Source of the DNA: Myxococcota bacterium
Lineage (GTDB): Bacteria; Myxococcota_A; Polyangia; HGW-17
Reading direction: 5' to 3'
Length of the DNA stretch: 64,000 bases
NCBI GenBank assembly: GCA_018821305.1
Contig: JAHJMN010000131.1
Location: 44,106 to 108,105 of the forward strand
Shown here one piece after another: positions 1 through 9,044 of this stretch. The notes under the pieces are model-generated. The model worked only from the letters and a program-made list of their open reading frames with translations, was not told where the DNA came from and ran no database searches. The translations under genes were made by a program, and so were the position numbers. The stretch's first letter is position 1, and every line of letters begins with the position of its first letter.

Positions 1-9
1 ACTTTTAAA

Positions 10-315
10 TTGCCAGTAAAGCCAACGTCCTTGATTTTCGCCATAAAAACACTGGATAATGGATTGCATATAAAAGTAAATTCGGTTTTCAATAACCCTG
101 CGGGCTCAGTAATTGCTTTAAAGTTATTTGAGACAACTGTGGCAAAAGCTTCATCTTCAGGAAAAATTGGAGAAATACTGAAATTGATTAAAATGAAGTC
201 TGAGGGGAATATCTTTGCGGCATCAGCGGATTTATCCTGGTCACAGATAGGCATTCTTGTATCCATGTTCAAGCTTAAAGTCAGCAATATGAGGGCAAGA
301 GGGCAAAGGAAATGA
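10..315 (+). CDS. hypothetical protein (101 aa)
   Basis: ORF sits at the window edge and has no recognisable motif. Its N-terminus is hydrophobic and amphipathic. Confidence 0.25.
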   Translation: MPVKPTSLIFAIKTLDNGLHIKVNSVFNNPAGSVIALKLFETTVAKASSSGKIGEILKLIKMKSEGNIFAASADLSWSQIGILVSMFKLKVSNMRARGQRK

Positions 316-422
316 TTTTGTGCTTGACTATGAGAGAGATCTCTTTTAATTATAAAAGCGCGTAACTGTATTAAATTATTTCATGATTAACATACTTTCA
401 TATTGATGTAAGGAAGACCGGA

Positions 423-767
423 ATGACACAGCAGAAAAAGCAGACAAGACGTTCAATATCTGTACGTGGAGATATTTATGACAGAGTTCACAAATACTGC
501 CAGGATAACGATACAAGCATGAGTTCCTTCGTGGAAGATAGAATACTCAACTACCTTGATGGTGTTGAGGATCTGCCTCCAAGGACGGAAGTTGAAAAAG
601 TTGTTACGGTTATTGAGAAAACAATCGAAGTACCTCAAGTGTCTGTAGAAGTGAGGGATGAGCCAGTTAATCTGATACCTCCACCGCCACAGATAAAGCG
701 AGATAATTTTAATGATCTTGATGAAAAACAGATTCGGGAGGAAATAAGGCAGCACTTTACCTTCTGA
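423..767 (+). CDS. ribbon-helix-helix (CopG/Arc-like) DNA-binding protein with Pro-rich C-terminal tail
   Basis: N-terminal 'RSISVRGDIYDRVHKYCQDNDTSMSSFVEDRIL' matches the beta-strand plus two-helix RHH pattern. The C-terminus is rich in PPPP and E. Confidence 0.4.
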   Translation: MTQQKKQTRRSISVRGDIYDRVHKYCQDNDTSMSSFVEDRILNYLDGVEDLPPRTEVEKVVTVIEKTIEVPQVSVEVRDEPVNLIPPPPQIKRDNFNDLDEKQIREEIRQHFTF

Positions 768-783
768 AAAGGATGTTTGAATT

Positions 784-1854
784 TTGAAAAATACAATAAT
801 CCCTTTATTGATTTTACTTGGTGCGTTACTAACCAACATTTCCTGTAGTAAAAAAGATCCAGCCGAACTTGAAACAGGACAGTGGGTAGAGCGTAATGAT
901 AAGTGTGCCTTAGAGGCGATCAGAAAAACTAAGGAACAACTTGACGCTAAAATAAAAAAGTCTGAAGAAATTTTAAAGCAGATTCAGGCAGAATTGTTAA
1001 AGGGAAATTGCCCTCTTGCGCAAAATCCTGAGTGTATTCCTGAAGTTGGAGTTCAAGCAATTGCAACTTATATAAGCTCAGCCTCTTCAAGATCTGTATC
1101 AAATTCGAAAGATAGCATCATCGAGGATGAGAATACAGGTAGTATAGTTGATGAGCTTAATCAATTTAGAAAAACCAAAGTTGGTAAAAAATCTGTTGGA
1201 AAAACCAGAGAGAAAAAGGAAGAAAAGCCTGTAGAAGTGAAAAAAGAAGTTATTCCTGTGGATTTGACTGCAGAACTTCTGGAGAAAAAAAGCCTTTGTT
1301 CTATGAAGGTTGATAAAAACTGTCAATTTCAAACCCTTGATAAAATTATTGCTCGTCTTATAATAGTTGCCAATCAAATGAGGAATTACGAGACAGAAAT
1401 CAGGAATGTTCTCAACATTACGGGGGTAAAGCCTGAGAGTGAACGGATATATAGTTTTTATCAAATACTTAAAACAATTGAGAGTACTATTCCTGATCTG
1501 GTAACCCGGGAAATTGCGGCTAAGAAGAATTATAAAACTTATGGAATACGTTATGAAGCAGTAATGCCTTTACGACTTAAAGGCATGCTTATAAATATAA
1601 CCGCTGCAATTCCATCTGCAATAACATCAATGCTTAGGAAATACGGGGCTAATTTAAAATCCAGTGAAAAGATATATGTAACTAATCGAGAGGGTTATAA
1701 ATCCGCATTGAGAGCTCAATCAAGAAAACTTGGTAGAGATAAGCGTATGAATGCTAACCATTGCCTTGATATGAAAGGCTGCTGGAATTTCAGAACCTGC
1801 TTGAACAGGTTTCAATTACCTGGAATTCTTCTTTTTAAAAATATTCCGGAGTAA
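784..1854 (+). CDS. lipoprotein, hypothetical
   Basis: Signal peptide with lipobox (LLTNISC). The body is Lys/Glu-rich and coiled-coil-like, with no recognisable catalytic motif. Confidence 0.5.
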   Translation: MKNTIIPLLILLGALLTNISCSKKDPAELETGQWVERNDKCALEAIRKTKEQLDAKIKKSEEILKQIQAELLKGNCPLAQNPECIPEVGVQAIATYISSASSRSVSNSKDSIIEDENTGSIVDELNQFRKTKVGKKSVGKTREKKEEKPVEVKKEVIPVDLTAELLEKKSLCSMKVDKNCQFQTLDKIIARLIIVANQMRNYETEIRNVLNITGVKPESERIYSFYQILKTIESTIPDLVTREIAAKKNYKTYGIRYEAVMPLRLKGMLINITAAIPSAITSMLRKYGANLKSSEKIYVTNREGYKSALRAQSRKLGRDKRMNANHCLDMKGCWNFRTCLNRFQLPGILLFKNIPE

Positions 1855-1858
1855 TACT

Positions 1859-2617
1859 TTGAATTTTGTAGAAACAAAAAAACAACGAAGGTTTGTGGGC
1901 GAATTTACCAGAGGGATGGAAATCCAGAAAGCGGTTTCAAGACTTCTGAAAGACAATAATATTCGTACTGGTCGAATTAAAATATTTGGTCATCTTGAAA
2001 ATATTATTCTTTCGACTGACTCCGGAAATAAAGCAATGTCAACGCGGAGAATTATTTCAGGAGCTTGTCAATTAATATCCTGTGAAGGGATTATAACTGA
2101 ACTGGGTGGGCAATTCGATCCTCTACTGTACTCGACTGTTGCCGTTGAAGGGGAAACTGGGTTGGCAGTTTATGGCGGTGTTCTGGTAGAAGCCAGGGTT
2201 ATCCAGTGTGATTTTATCCTTGATTCTTTTGATGATTTATTTATTAGAAGAACCATAGACGCATCTTCGAATTCTGCAATATGGAACGAAGTTTTTGCTG
2301 AAACTTCTTCAGATATTGATAATTCTGAATTACCCGGAAAAATGGAAGCGCTGAAAGTTGAGCATATTGAACCAGAAGTGGAAGATGACGATGACGATGA
2401 CGAAACAAACGATCTTCCTGCACCGGGTGATATATTAAATCATTTTAAATTTGGTAAATGTATTGTTCAAAAACTCGACCTGGGTGCCGATATTATTCAG
2501 ATAAAACTGCCCAGCGATCGCACTGCAAGACTTGGAATACAATATTTAACATTCAGTCTTGTGGATGAACATGAAGATGGTGCCAGAGAGTTTGATGTAA
2601 AGGGAAAACGAAGTTGA
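1859..2617 (+). CDS. hypothetical protein, probable TTG start, acidic poly-Asp C-terminal region
   Basis: ORF is 252 aa and lies immediately upstream of, and abutting, the sigma factor gene (stop 2617, next start 2619). It contains a DDDDDDE acidic tract and may be a PCC/DUF296-like fold, at low certainty. Confidence 0.45.
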   Translation: MNFVETKKQRRFVGEFTRGMEIQKAVSRLLKDNNIRTGRIKIFGHLENIILSTDSGNKAMSTRRIISGACQLISCEGIITELGGQFDPLLYSTVAVEGETGLAVYGGVLVEARVIQCDFILDSFDDLFIRRTIDASSNSAIWNEVFAETSSDIDNSELPGKMEALKVEHIEPEVEDDDDDDETNDLPAPGDILNHFKFGKCIVQKLDLGADIIQIKLPSDRTARLGIQYLTFSLVDEHEDGAREFDVKGKRS

Positions 2618-2618
2618 C

Positions 2619-3257
2619 ATGGCAATGAGTTCGTCGGAAGAACTAGTTGAAAAATACACTCCCCTTGTAATGGGTATAGCCCGAGATATCTATCATCAGC
2701 ATAAAGTCCCGGTGGAAATGGATGATCTTTTTGCCTGGGGTATGACTGGCCTCTTAGAATGTGCTCAAAGGTTTGACCCACTAAAAGGCGTAAAATTTTC
2801 GACATTTGCATGGTATCGGATTCGGGGAGCGATATATGACGGAATCCGCGATAGTGGTAGTTTCGGAAGAAGTGGACTCCGGGCGATGGAACACCTTGAT
2901 GAGTATATGTCGATTAAGTCCGAAGCTGGTGACACAGCAGTCTCTATAGAAGATTCATTCCGAGCCCTTGCTCAGGGGATCGCTTCTGCAATGGTTATGA
3001 AAAACATTGATGATTGTGTAGATATTTCTTCTGAAAATCTTTCACCAGAAGAAGATGCTATTGAACAGTCAAATCACAGTCAATTGTTTAAAAATATAGA
3101 TAAATTACCCCCTACAGAAAAATTTGTTATTCAAGAGCATTATTTTAATGGCCGTCCATTGAAGGAAATAGCTGAGTCAAGAAAAAGAAGTAAGAGTTGG
3201 GCTTCTCGTGTACACGCTAAAGCTATTGATATTTTAAAGGAATGTTTTGTTGATTAA
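2619..3257 (+). CDS. RNA polymerase sigma factor, sigma-70 family (FliA/WhiG- or group-3-like)
   Basis: Region-2 motif 'DLFAWGMTGLLECAQRFDPLKGVKFSTFAWYRIRGAIYDGIRD' is present. A region-4 HTH 'LPPTEKFVIQEHYFNGRPLKEIAE' is also present. Length is 212 aa. Confidence 0.8.
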   Translation: MAMSSSEELVEKYTPLVMGIARDIYHQHKVPVEMDDLFAWGMTGLLECAQRFDPLKGVKFSTFAWYRIRGAIYDGIRDSGSFGRSGLRAMEHLDEYMSIKSEAGDTAVSIEDSFRALAQGIASAMVMKNIDDCVDISSENLSPEEDAIEQSNHSQLFKNIDKLPPTEKFVIQEHYFNGRPLKEIAESRKRSKSWASRVHAKAIDILKECFVD

Positions 3258-3259
3258 GA

Positions 3260-4195
3260 TTATCCTACTTCCAGCATTCTATTAATAGAACGCCTGGCTT
3301 TTTCTGCAATTTCGTCTGGTACTGTAATTTTATGCTGCATAAAAAGCAATGAATCCCTCACATGGGATAACCTGGTTTTTTTCATGTTGGAACAGACGGT
3401 GTCTGGGCTTGCCGGAATATAAACTAAATCTGATCTGACACGACGCAGGCGATTGATCATTCCTGCTTCTGTCCCAATTATGACAAATTTTCCTGATGGA
3501 AGACTTTGGACATAGTTAACCATTCCTCCTGTACTTTCAACGGCATCGGCAAGCTTTAATACATCAATTGGAGCTTCAGGGTGAACAATTACAACAGCAT
3601 CAGGAAATTGTCTTTTCTTTTCTTCAATTTCAAAAGGAAGTAATCTGTGATGAACAGGACAGTATCCTGGCCAAATTATTTTATTGTCTGGCCTTTTTCG
3701 CGTTATCCAAGCTCCCAGGTTCATATCCGGAGTAAAAATGATTTTCTGATTCGCAGGTAGAGTTGCAACAATTTTTTCAGCATTAGCTGATGTGCAACAG
3801 TAGTCTGAAAGAGCTTTAATTTCCGCAGAAGAATTCACATATGTTACAACTATAGCATCGGGGTTTTCTTCTTTGAGTTTCTTGAGTTGTTCAGGATTAA
3901 TCATATCAGCCATGGGACAACCTGCGTTTATCTCTGGCAGAAGTACTGTCTTTGTTGGTGACAAGATATACGCTGTTTCTGCCATAAAATGAACACCACA
4001 GAAAACTATTATATCTGCGGAAGTCTTCGCGGCAAGTCTGCTTAATTCCAGGCTGTCACCAAGGTGATCTGCGACAGATTGAACTTCATCAAGTTGATAA
4101 TTATGAACAAGAATTACGGCATTGTATTTTTTTTTCAGTTCAAGAATTTCTTTTGTGAGTTCCTGACGTGACCCAGGTACATTAGAAAGATCCAT
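3260..4195 (-). CDS. nadA: quinolinate synthase NadA
   Basis: Conserved NadA blocks are present (VILVHNYQ, FCGVHFMAETA, TYVNSSAE, IVHPE). The start was refined to the ATG at 4195, which is preceded by GGAGA. The longer ORF-track start (4240) is probably not used. Confidence 0.9.
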   Translation of the reverse strand: MDLSNVPGSRQELTKEILELKKKYNAVILVHNYQLDEVQSVADHLGDSLELSRLAAKTSADIIVFCGVHFMAETAYILSPTKTVLLPEINAGCPMADMINPEQLKKLKEENPDAIVVTYVNSSAEIKALSDYCCTSANAEKIVATLPANQKIIFTPDMNLGAWITRKRPDNKIIWPGYCPVHHRLLPFEIEEKKRQFPDAVVIVHPEAPIDVLKLADAVESTGGMVNYVQSLPSGKFVIIGTEAGMINRLRRVRSDLVYIPASPDTVCSNMKKTRLSHVRDSLLFMQHKITVPDEIAEKARRSINRMLEVG

Positions 4196-4405
4196 AATAA
4201 TTCTCCATAACAACAATTTGCAAAAAACAATTAAAAACAATTGCTTACTGTTACTGCTTTGAGTAAAAATCAGCGAAAAAATTGGAAATTTGGTATTTCA
4301 GGACATTAACTGGATAATAAGTGTGACCCTTCTGGGTATACTTATGAAAGCAGTGATAATATTTTTAATTAAAAGAAATGTACAGAATATTCAGGATACA
4401 GAGGC

Positions 4406-4741
4406 TTATTTTATTCCTGAAGTCTTGAACATGGAAAGAAGAATGTCTTTGTAATACTTAAGAGAGGCTTTTCCTGATTCAGTGATGGTAACCTCAGTTA
4501 GAGGTTTCCGGTTTACAAATTTTTTCTCAACGGAAATAAATTGAGCTTCTTCTAACTTCTTGAGGTGAAAACTGAGGTTTCCCTGTGTTAGACCACTCAT
4601 TTTCAAAAGCTTCATAAAATCAATAGAGTTAGCTTTGAAAAGGTAGCACATTATTGAAAATCTGGCAGGTTCATTTACAACCCTATCCATCTTCTCAATG
4701 TTTTCAAATGGAAACGTAATTTCTTTCTCAGAATTTTTCAT
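4406..4741 (-). CDS. winged-helix transcriptional regulator (MarR/ArsR-like wHTH)
   Basis: The 111-aa product has an HTH-wing pattern 'MKLLKMSGLTQGNLSFHLKKLEEAQFISVEK'. Confidence 0.6.
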   Translation of the reverse strand: MKNSEKEITFPFENIEKMDRVVNEPARFSIMCYLFKANSIDFMKLLKMSGLTQGNLSFHLKKLEEAQFISVEKKFVNRKPLTEVTITESGKASLKYYKDILLSMFKTSGIK

Positions 4742-4968
4742 ATCAAAACCATCCTTTCATTCTGCAGAATTAAATTTATTGCAGTACCTATAATATCGGA
4801 CGATATACAAAATGCTTTAGAAGATAATAACATAAGTTTAAAAATTTATACAACGTAAAACATTTAATGTAAAAAAATTATACTACTTTTTTATCGATTT
4901 GAGAAAAATTGACCAATTAAATTGCTATAATCTGCTTTGTTTTTACAAAGCCATTCGTTGTGTAAATC

Positions 4969-5155
4969 GGAAAAAAAGAATTTATTAAAATTTCTTATAG
5001 GTCATTACAATTTATTAATCACTAAGTAGATCGTGTACTGAAATTCAATTTTTATCAAAATTGAGCATGTTTATGAAAACATGCTATTCGTGCCTGTAAT
5101 TTGCTTCGCGAAGAAATTTATTAAAATTTCTAACAGGCTACTACAATCAATTCAA
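4969..5155. repeat. two ~45-bp AT-rich direct repeats (AATTTATTAAAATTTCT.A.AGG..A.TACAAT) plus a 9-bp-stem hairpin AGCATGTTTATGAAAACATGCT
   Basis: Copies are at about 4975-5020 and 5110-5155, with the hairpin at 5065-5088. They lie in the 590-bp gap between the wHTH regulator and membrane-protein genes. Confidence 0.65.
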
Positions 5156-5329
5156 CAATTTCGTTCTCAAATTTCCGAAGAAAACAATGCCCTTCCATAT
5201 TGATTTGCTAACCAAATCGCCTCGAAAATTCTGAAAAGAACACGTTTCAAAACTGTGACACAATACAGCATGTTCTATGGTTCAATTACCCTGAAACTGC
5301 AAACCCAGTTGATACATAAAAGTGATTGA

Positions 5330-6052
5330 TTAGTCTGAAGCCTTTAAATCCTCCTCATCGATTTTCGTCATGGGGGATTCATCAATATCGCCGGCATCTC
5401 CGCTCATTAATCGTTCCCACGGGTCATCGTCAACATTATAACCAGTGTATTTCGTATACCCATCTTCTCCGAGAGCTTTAAGTAAGTCTTTTGCAAAAGT
5501 TTTGATAATTTCACTACTTTTATCGATTGTTTCCCCTAAATTGGCATTTCCAGTTTCCCATCTATTCTGATTTTCGTACATATCATTACGAGCTTTTTCA
5601 GCAGCTTTTAATGCTTCTTCAAACTTTTCCTTTGAAAGGGAATCTCCAAAATGCTTTTTTAAAAGCATTGAATGCAGTCGGCGCATTTTTTTTACGCTGT
5701 GTGCCTTTTGCTTTTCAAAAAGAGCTTTGTCCTCGTAAAGGGGGCGAGTCGGTTTTCTTCGGGTCCGATCATATTTGGCAATACGCTCAGATCCGGACGT
5801 TCCGGAGAATGCTTTTCTCAGTGATTTAACCTGTGCCGGTGTAATCGGTTTTTTATGAATATGATTGGTATGAATGTGTTTTTCTTGTTGTGTTTCGATC
5901 TTTTTAAGTTTTTTTACAGGAGAATTTAAAAGTACAAAAATAAGAATGAGAAGAGCAATTGAAAGTGTTGAAAATAATAATGAAATGATTAGAGTACGTT
6001 TCTTATTGTATTCAGGCCCATCAATTTGTTTCATTAATCGAATTTCCAACAA
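5330..6052 (-). CDS. single-pass membrane protein, hypothetical
   Basis: One N-terminal TM helix (LIISLLFSTLSIALLILIFVLL) is followed by a Lys-rich charged domain. Confidence 0.45.
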   Translation of the reverse strand: MLEIRLMKQIDGPEYNKKRTLIISLLFSTLSIALLILIFVLLNSPVKKLKKIETQQEKHIHTNHIHKKPITPAQVKSLRKAFSGTSGSERIAKYDRTRRKPTRPLYEDKALFEKQKAHSVKKMRRLHSMLLKKHFGDSLSKEKFEEALKAAEKARNDMYENQNRWETGNANLGETIDKSSEIIKTFAKDLLKALGEDGYTKYTGYNVDDDPWERLMSGDAGDIDESPMTKIDEEDLKASD

Positions 6053-6088
6053 TCTGCAGACTGTTTCAGGAATTATATCGGCAGAGAC

Positions 6089-6991
6089 TTAGTAGAAGTT
6101 TATACCTTCCTGAATTATGCAGTCATGGAATCCACTTGCGATACCAAGTCTTGGATAAGCACTGGATAGAGTAGAACCGGCGACATCAAACCATGCAATC
6201 TGAGGAACATCATCTTCATCGCCGCCACAGCCGCAATCGCATTTGTCATTGAAGGGATTCCAATCGTCATCAATGTAATGTTTGTGGAAAAAGAAACCTC
6301 TATTTGTATGTTGGTGGCAGGTTCCGTCAATTCCATAGACAAATTCGCATTGACCTACTTCATTGACAACATTGTTAAATTTTTGCTGCAGTGAGGTAAG
6401 ACTTACACCTTTTTCATAATAAAAGAAAGTGTCAAAGGCATATAGGGAATTTCCCAGTCGATCTCCACCTACATCGTTAGAGTCTACTCCGGATGAGTTG
6501 ACCCCTTTGCAATAAAGTTTGTCGTGGCTGTAATCACAGTCTCCAAGATCTCCACCAACTCCATGGATGTTTTCACAACCAGGATCGCACCATCCATCGC
6601 CTCTCCATGACTCTGGGCAGTATTCACTTTCACTGTAGCATTCACCCCACACATTGGGTAAATCACAATATGATGCCACCTGTGTTGAGCTTTCAACTCT
6701 GCAGGGGTAAGTGTGCTCAAGAGTTTCACCGCCAAAAGCGCCTCGTCGATAAGCTCTTACGCCGGCACTATGGCATGTGGATTCTCCCGACATACATGTT
6801 TGATATACCCCTGAGCAGTTTTTCCACAGTGGAGCAGTTGTATTACTGCAGGCAGGGTCGTATGCTCCACAGCCACAATCACACCATGAATCGGTGTAAT
6901 AACTTGCGGGGCAAGTCCAGGTTGATGGAACTGTTGCAAACGCTGCTGAAGGAAGAAGCAAAATGGCGATGGAGAGTAAAAATTTCTTCAT
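6089..6991 (-). CDS. secreted cysteine-rich protein with duplicated WCDCGCG motif
   Basis: A signal peptide begins at MKKFLLSIAILLLPSAAFA, preceded by AGGAGG. The mature part has more than 25 Cys and repeats 'WCDCGCGAYDPAC' and 'KCDCGCGGDEDD'. The ORF-track start at 7048 lacks an SD. Confidence 0.55.
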   Translation of the reverse strand: MKKFLLSIAILLLPSAAFATVPSTWTCPASYYTDSWCDCGCGAYDPACSNTTAPLWKNCSGVYQTCMSGESTCHSAGVRAYRRGAFGGETLEHTYPCRVESSTQVASYCDLPNVWGECYSESEYCPESWRGDGWCDPGCENIHGVGGDLGDCDYSHDKLYCKGVNSSGVDSNDVGGDRLGNSLYAFDTFFYYEKGVSLTSLQQKFNNVVNEVGQCEFVYGIDGTCHQHTNRGFFFHKHYIDDDWNPFNDKCDCGCGGDEDDVPQIAWFDVAGSTLSSAYPRLGIASGFHDCIIQEGINFY

Positions 6992-7436
6992 GATGGGGGC
7001 CTCCTGTAACGGCCGATATTCATTCGCAATGATCGTGCCATAAGTCATGTTTTTATAAGTATATGAAAATATATAAAAAAATGAATTTTAAAAAACCATG
7101 AGAAAAAAATAAAAGTGTTTAAACAGTAGACACACTGCAAAACGAATTGCAGTGTATATTTAAAAATGATAATAAGTAATTGTAATAAAAGGCAGAATGC
7201 GGATAATTGTTTAAAATGAAAACTGTGTATAAATTGTACGCCTTTTGTGATGTATGTGTTGAAAAATTATACAAAAAAATTAGTGTTTAGGATTTGTACA
7301 TTGAACGTCAGGGCGAAAGATTTAAATCATTCGGAATAAAGCCGGATAACATACCTTGTTTTCCTCTTTCAAGACATTATCTTTCAATCTGTTCTGGAAC
7401 CAGACTGGAATGAGATTTCAGAATTTGGAGGTTATT

Positions 7437-8360
7437 ATGGAAAGTCGGATAAAAGTGGGTTTCATTGGTCTAGGCAGAATGGGGTTAAATATGGTTTCCA
7501 GAATAATGGAAACTGGAATGGCCGATTTGGTTGTTTACAACAGAAGCCCTGAACCAGTAAAAATAGTTGAGGAGATGGGAGCTACAGGGGCAAGTTCAAT
7601 AGAGGACTTGGTGGAAAAACTGGATTGCAAACAACGAAAAATATGGTTGATGCTTCCAGCAGGGGAAATTACTTCAAAGGTTTTTAATTCGCTTCTGAAA
7701 TTACTCAATAAAGGGGATATTATTATTGATGGCGGAAATTCCAATTTTCATGAAACACTTAAAAGACATGAACAAGCTCGAATTGCTGGTATAAAAATGC
7801 TGGACGCAGGTGTCAGTGGAGGAGTAGTAGCCGCAAAAAGAGGCTATCCGGTGATGGTAGGTGGGGATGAGGAAACTTACAATGAAATTGAAAAGTTAAT
7901 AAAACTATTTTCCCTTGATGGTGGGTACAAACTGGTAGGCGGCCCTGGTGCGGGACATTATGTAAAAATGGTTCATAACGCAATTGAATATGGCATGATG
8001 CAAGCTATTGGTGAGGGTTTTGAACTTCTTGCTGATGGTTCGTATAAAAATCTGGATTTGAAGGAAATCGCAGATCTCTGGAATCATGGGACAATAATAA
8101 GTGGTTTCCTGATGGAAATGGTCGGTAATGCTTTTGCAAAACGTCCTATGCTTGAAGGAATTGAACCCTGGGCAGCAGATTCTGGAGAAGGGCGATGGGC
8201 AAGTATTGAAGCTGTTGAGAATGGTGTTCCTTTTTTAGTTAATACTCTGGCTTTACAGAATCGTTTTTCATCACAAAAAAAGGAAAATGGTCTGGGATTG
8301 AAACTTGTCAGCGCAATGCGCAATGAATTTGGTGCCCATCCCATTCGTGAGAAAACCTGA
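7437..8360 (+). CDS. gnd: 6-phosphogluconate dehydrogenase, short (decarboxylating, YqeC/Gnd-like) form
   Basis: NAD-binding 'VGFIGLGRMGLNM' and the 6PGDH signature 'GAGHYVKMVHNAIEYGMMQAIGEGFELL' are present. It is the first gene of a gnd-pgl-zwf cluster. Confidence 0.85.
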   Translation: MESRIKVGFIGLGRMGLNMVSRIMETGMADLVVYNRSPEPVKIVEEMGATGASSIEDLVEKLDCKQRKIWLMLPAGEITSKVFNSLLKLLNKGDIIIDGGNSNFHETLKRHEQARIAGIKMLDAGVSGGVVAAKRGYPVMVGGDEETYNEIEKLIKLFSLDGGYKLVGGPGAGHYVKMVHNAIEYGMMQAIGEGFELLADGSYKNLDLKEIADLWNHGTIISGFLMEMVGNAFAKRPMLEGIEPWAADSGEGRWASIEAVENGVPFLVNTLALQNRFSSQKKENGLGLKLVSAMRNEFGAHPIREKT

Positions 8361-8384
8361 ATTTATTAGTTCGTTCGTGAAAAA

Positions 8385-9044
8385 ATGAAATGCAATATTA
8401 TTGAATACCCAAATGAGAAAATGTGGGAAATCTTTGGCCATAGATTCAGCAGTCTTTTAAACTCAGAAAGAATTCACAGCATGGCGCTTTGCGGAGGTCG
8501 CATAATAAAACCACTTGCTGAGTCTCTGTGCAGGAAAAAAATCGAAATTAAAAATATGGAAATATTTCTTACGGATGAGAGACTTACAGCGACAATTTCG
8601 GAACTCAATTATGTAAATGTAAAAAATGATTTTATAAATTACGCCAATGATCAAGGATTACTTGAAGACACTGTATTTTATAACCCCTGGAAAAGTGGGA
8701 ATTTTGATTTTGATATGTCCGTTCCGCCGTTGGATCTTGCAATATTAAGTTCCGGTGAAGATGGGCATTTTGCGAGTGTTTTTCCTGGAAGCAATTTTAA
8801 AGTAAATAATAAATACCATAAAGTTATAGATGCCCCAAAACCACCATCGGAAAGAGCAACCCTTTCTGCAGAAATGATATTCAGCAGTAAGCATGTAATG
8901 CTGTTCTTTGTTGGAGAGTCAAAATTGAATGCTTTCAGAAAATTTTCTGATTCTGATTCTGATTATAATTTTCCAGATTTTCCAGTAGGACTTTTCCGAG
9001 ACCATCCGAATTGTACAGTTTTCAGTTCCTGTATAGAGGTTTAA
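8385..9044 (+). CDS. pgl: 6-phosphogluconolactonase
   Basis: Glucosamine-6-P isomerase/6PGL family motifs are present ('MALCGGRI', 'FLTDERL', 'SSGEDGHFASVFPGS'). The gene lies between gnd and zwf. Confidence 0.8.
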   Translation: MKCNIIEYPNEKMWEIFGHRFSSLLNSERIHSMALCGGRIIKPLAESLCRKKIEIKNMEIFLTDERLTATISELNYVNVKNDFINYANDQGLLEDTVFYNPWKSGNFDFDMSVPPLDLAILSSGEDGHFASVFPGSNFKVNNKYHKVIDAPKPPSERATLSAEMIFSSKHVMLFFVGESKLNAFRKFSDSDSDYNFPDFPVGLFRDHPNCTVFSSCIEV

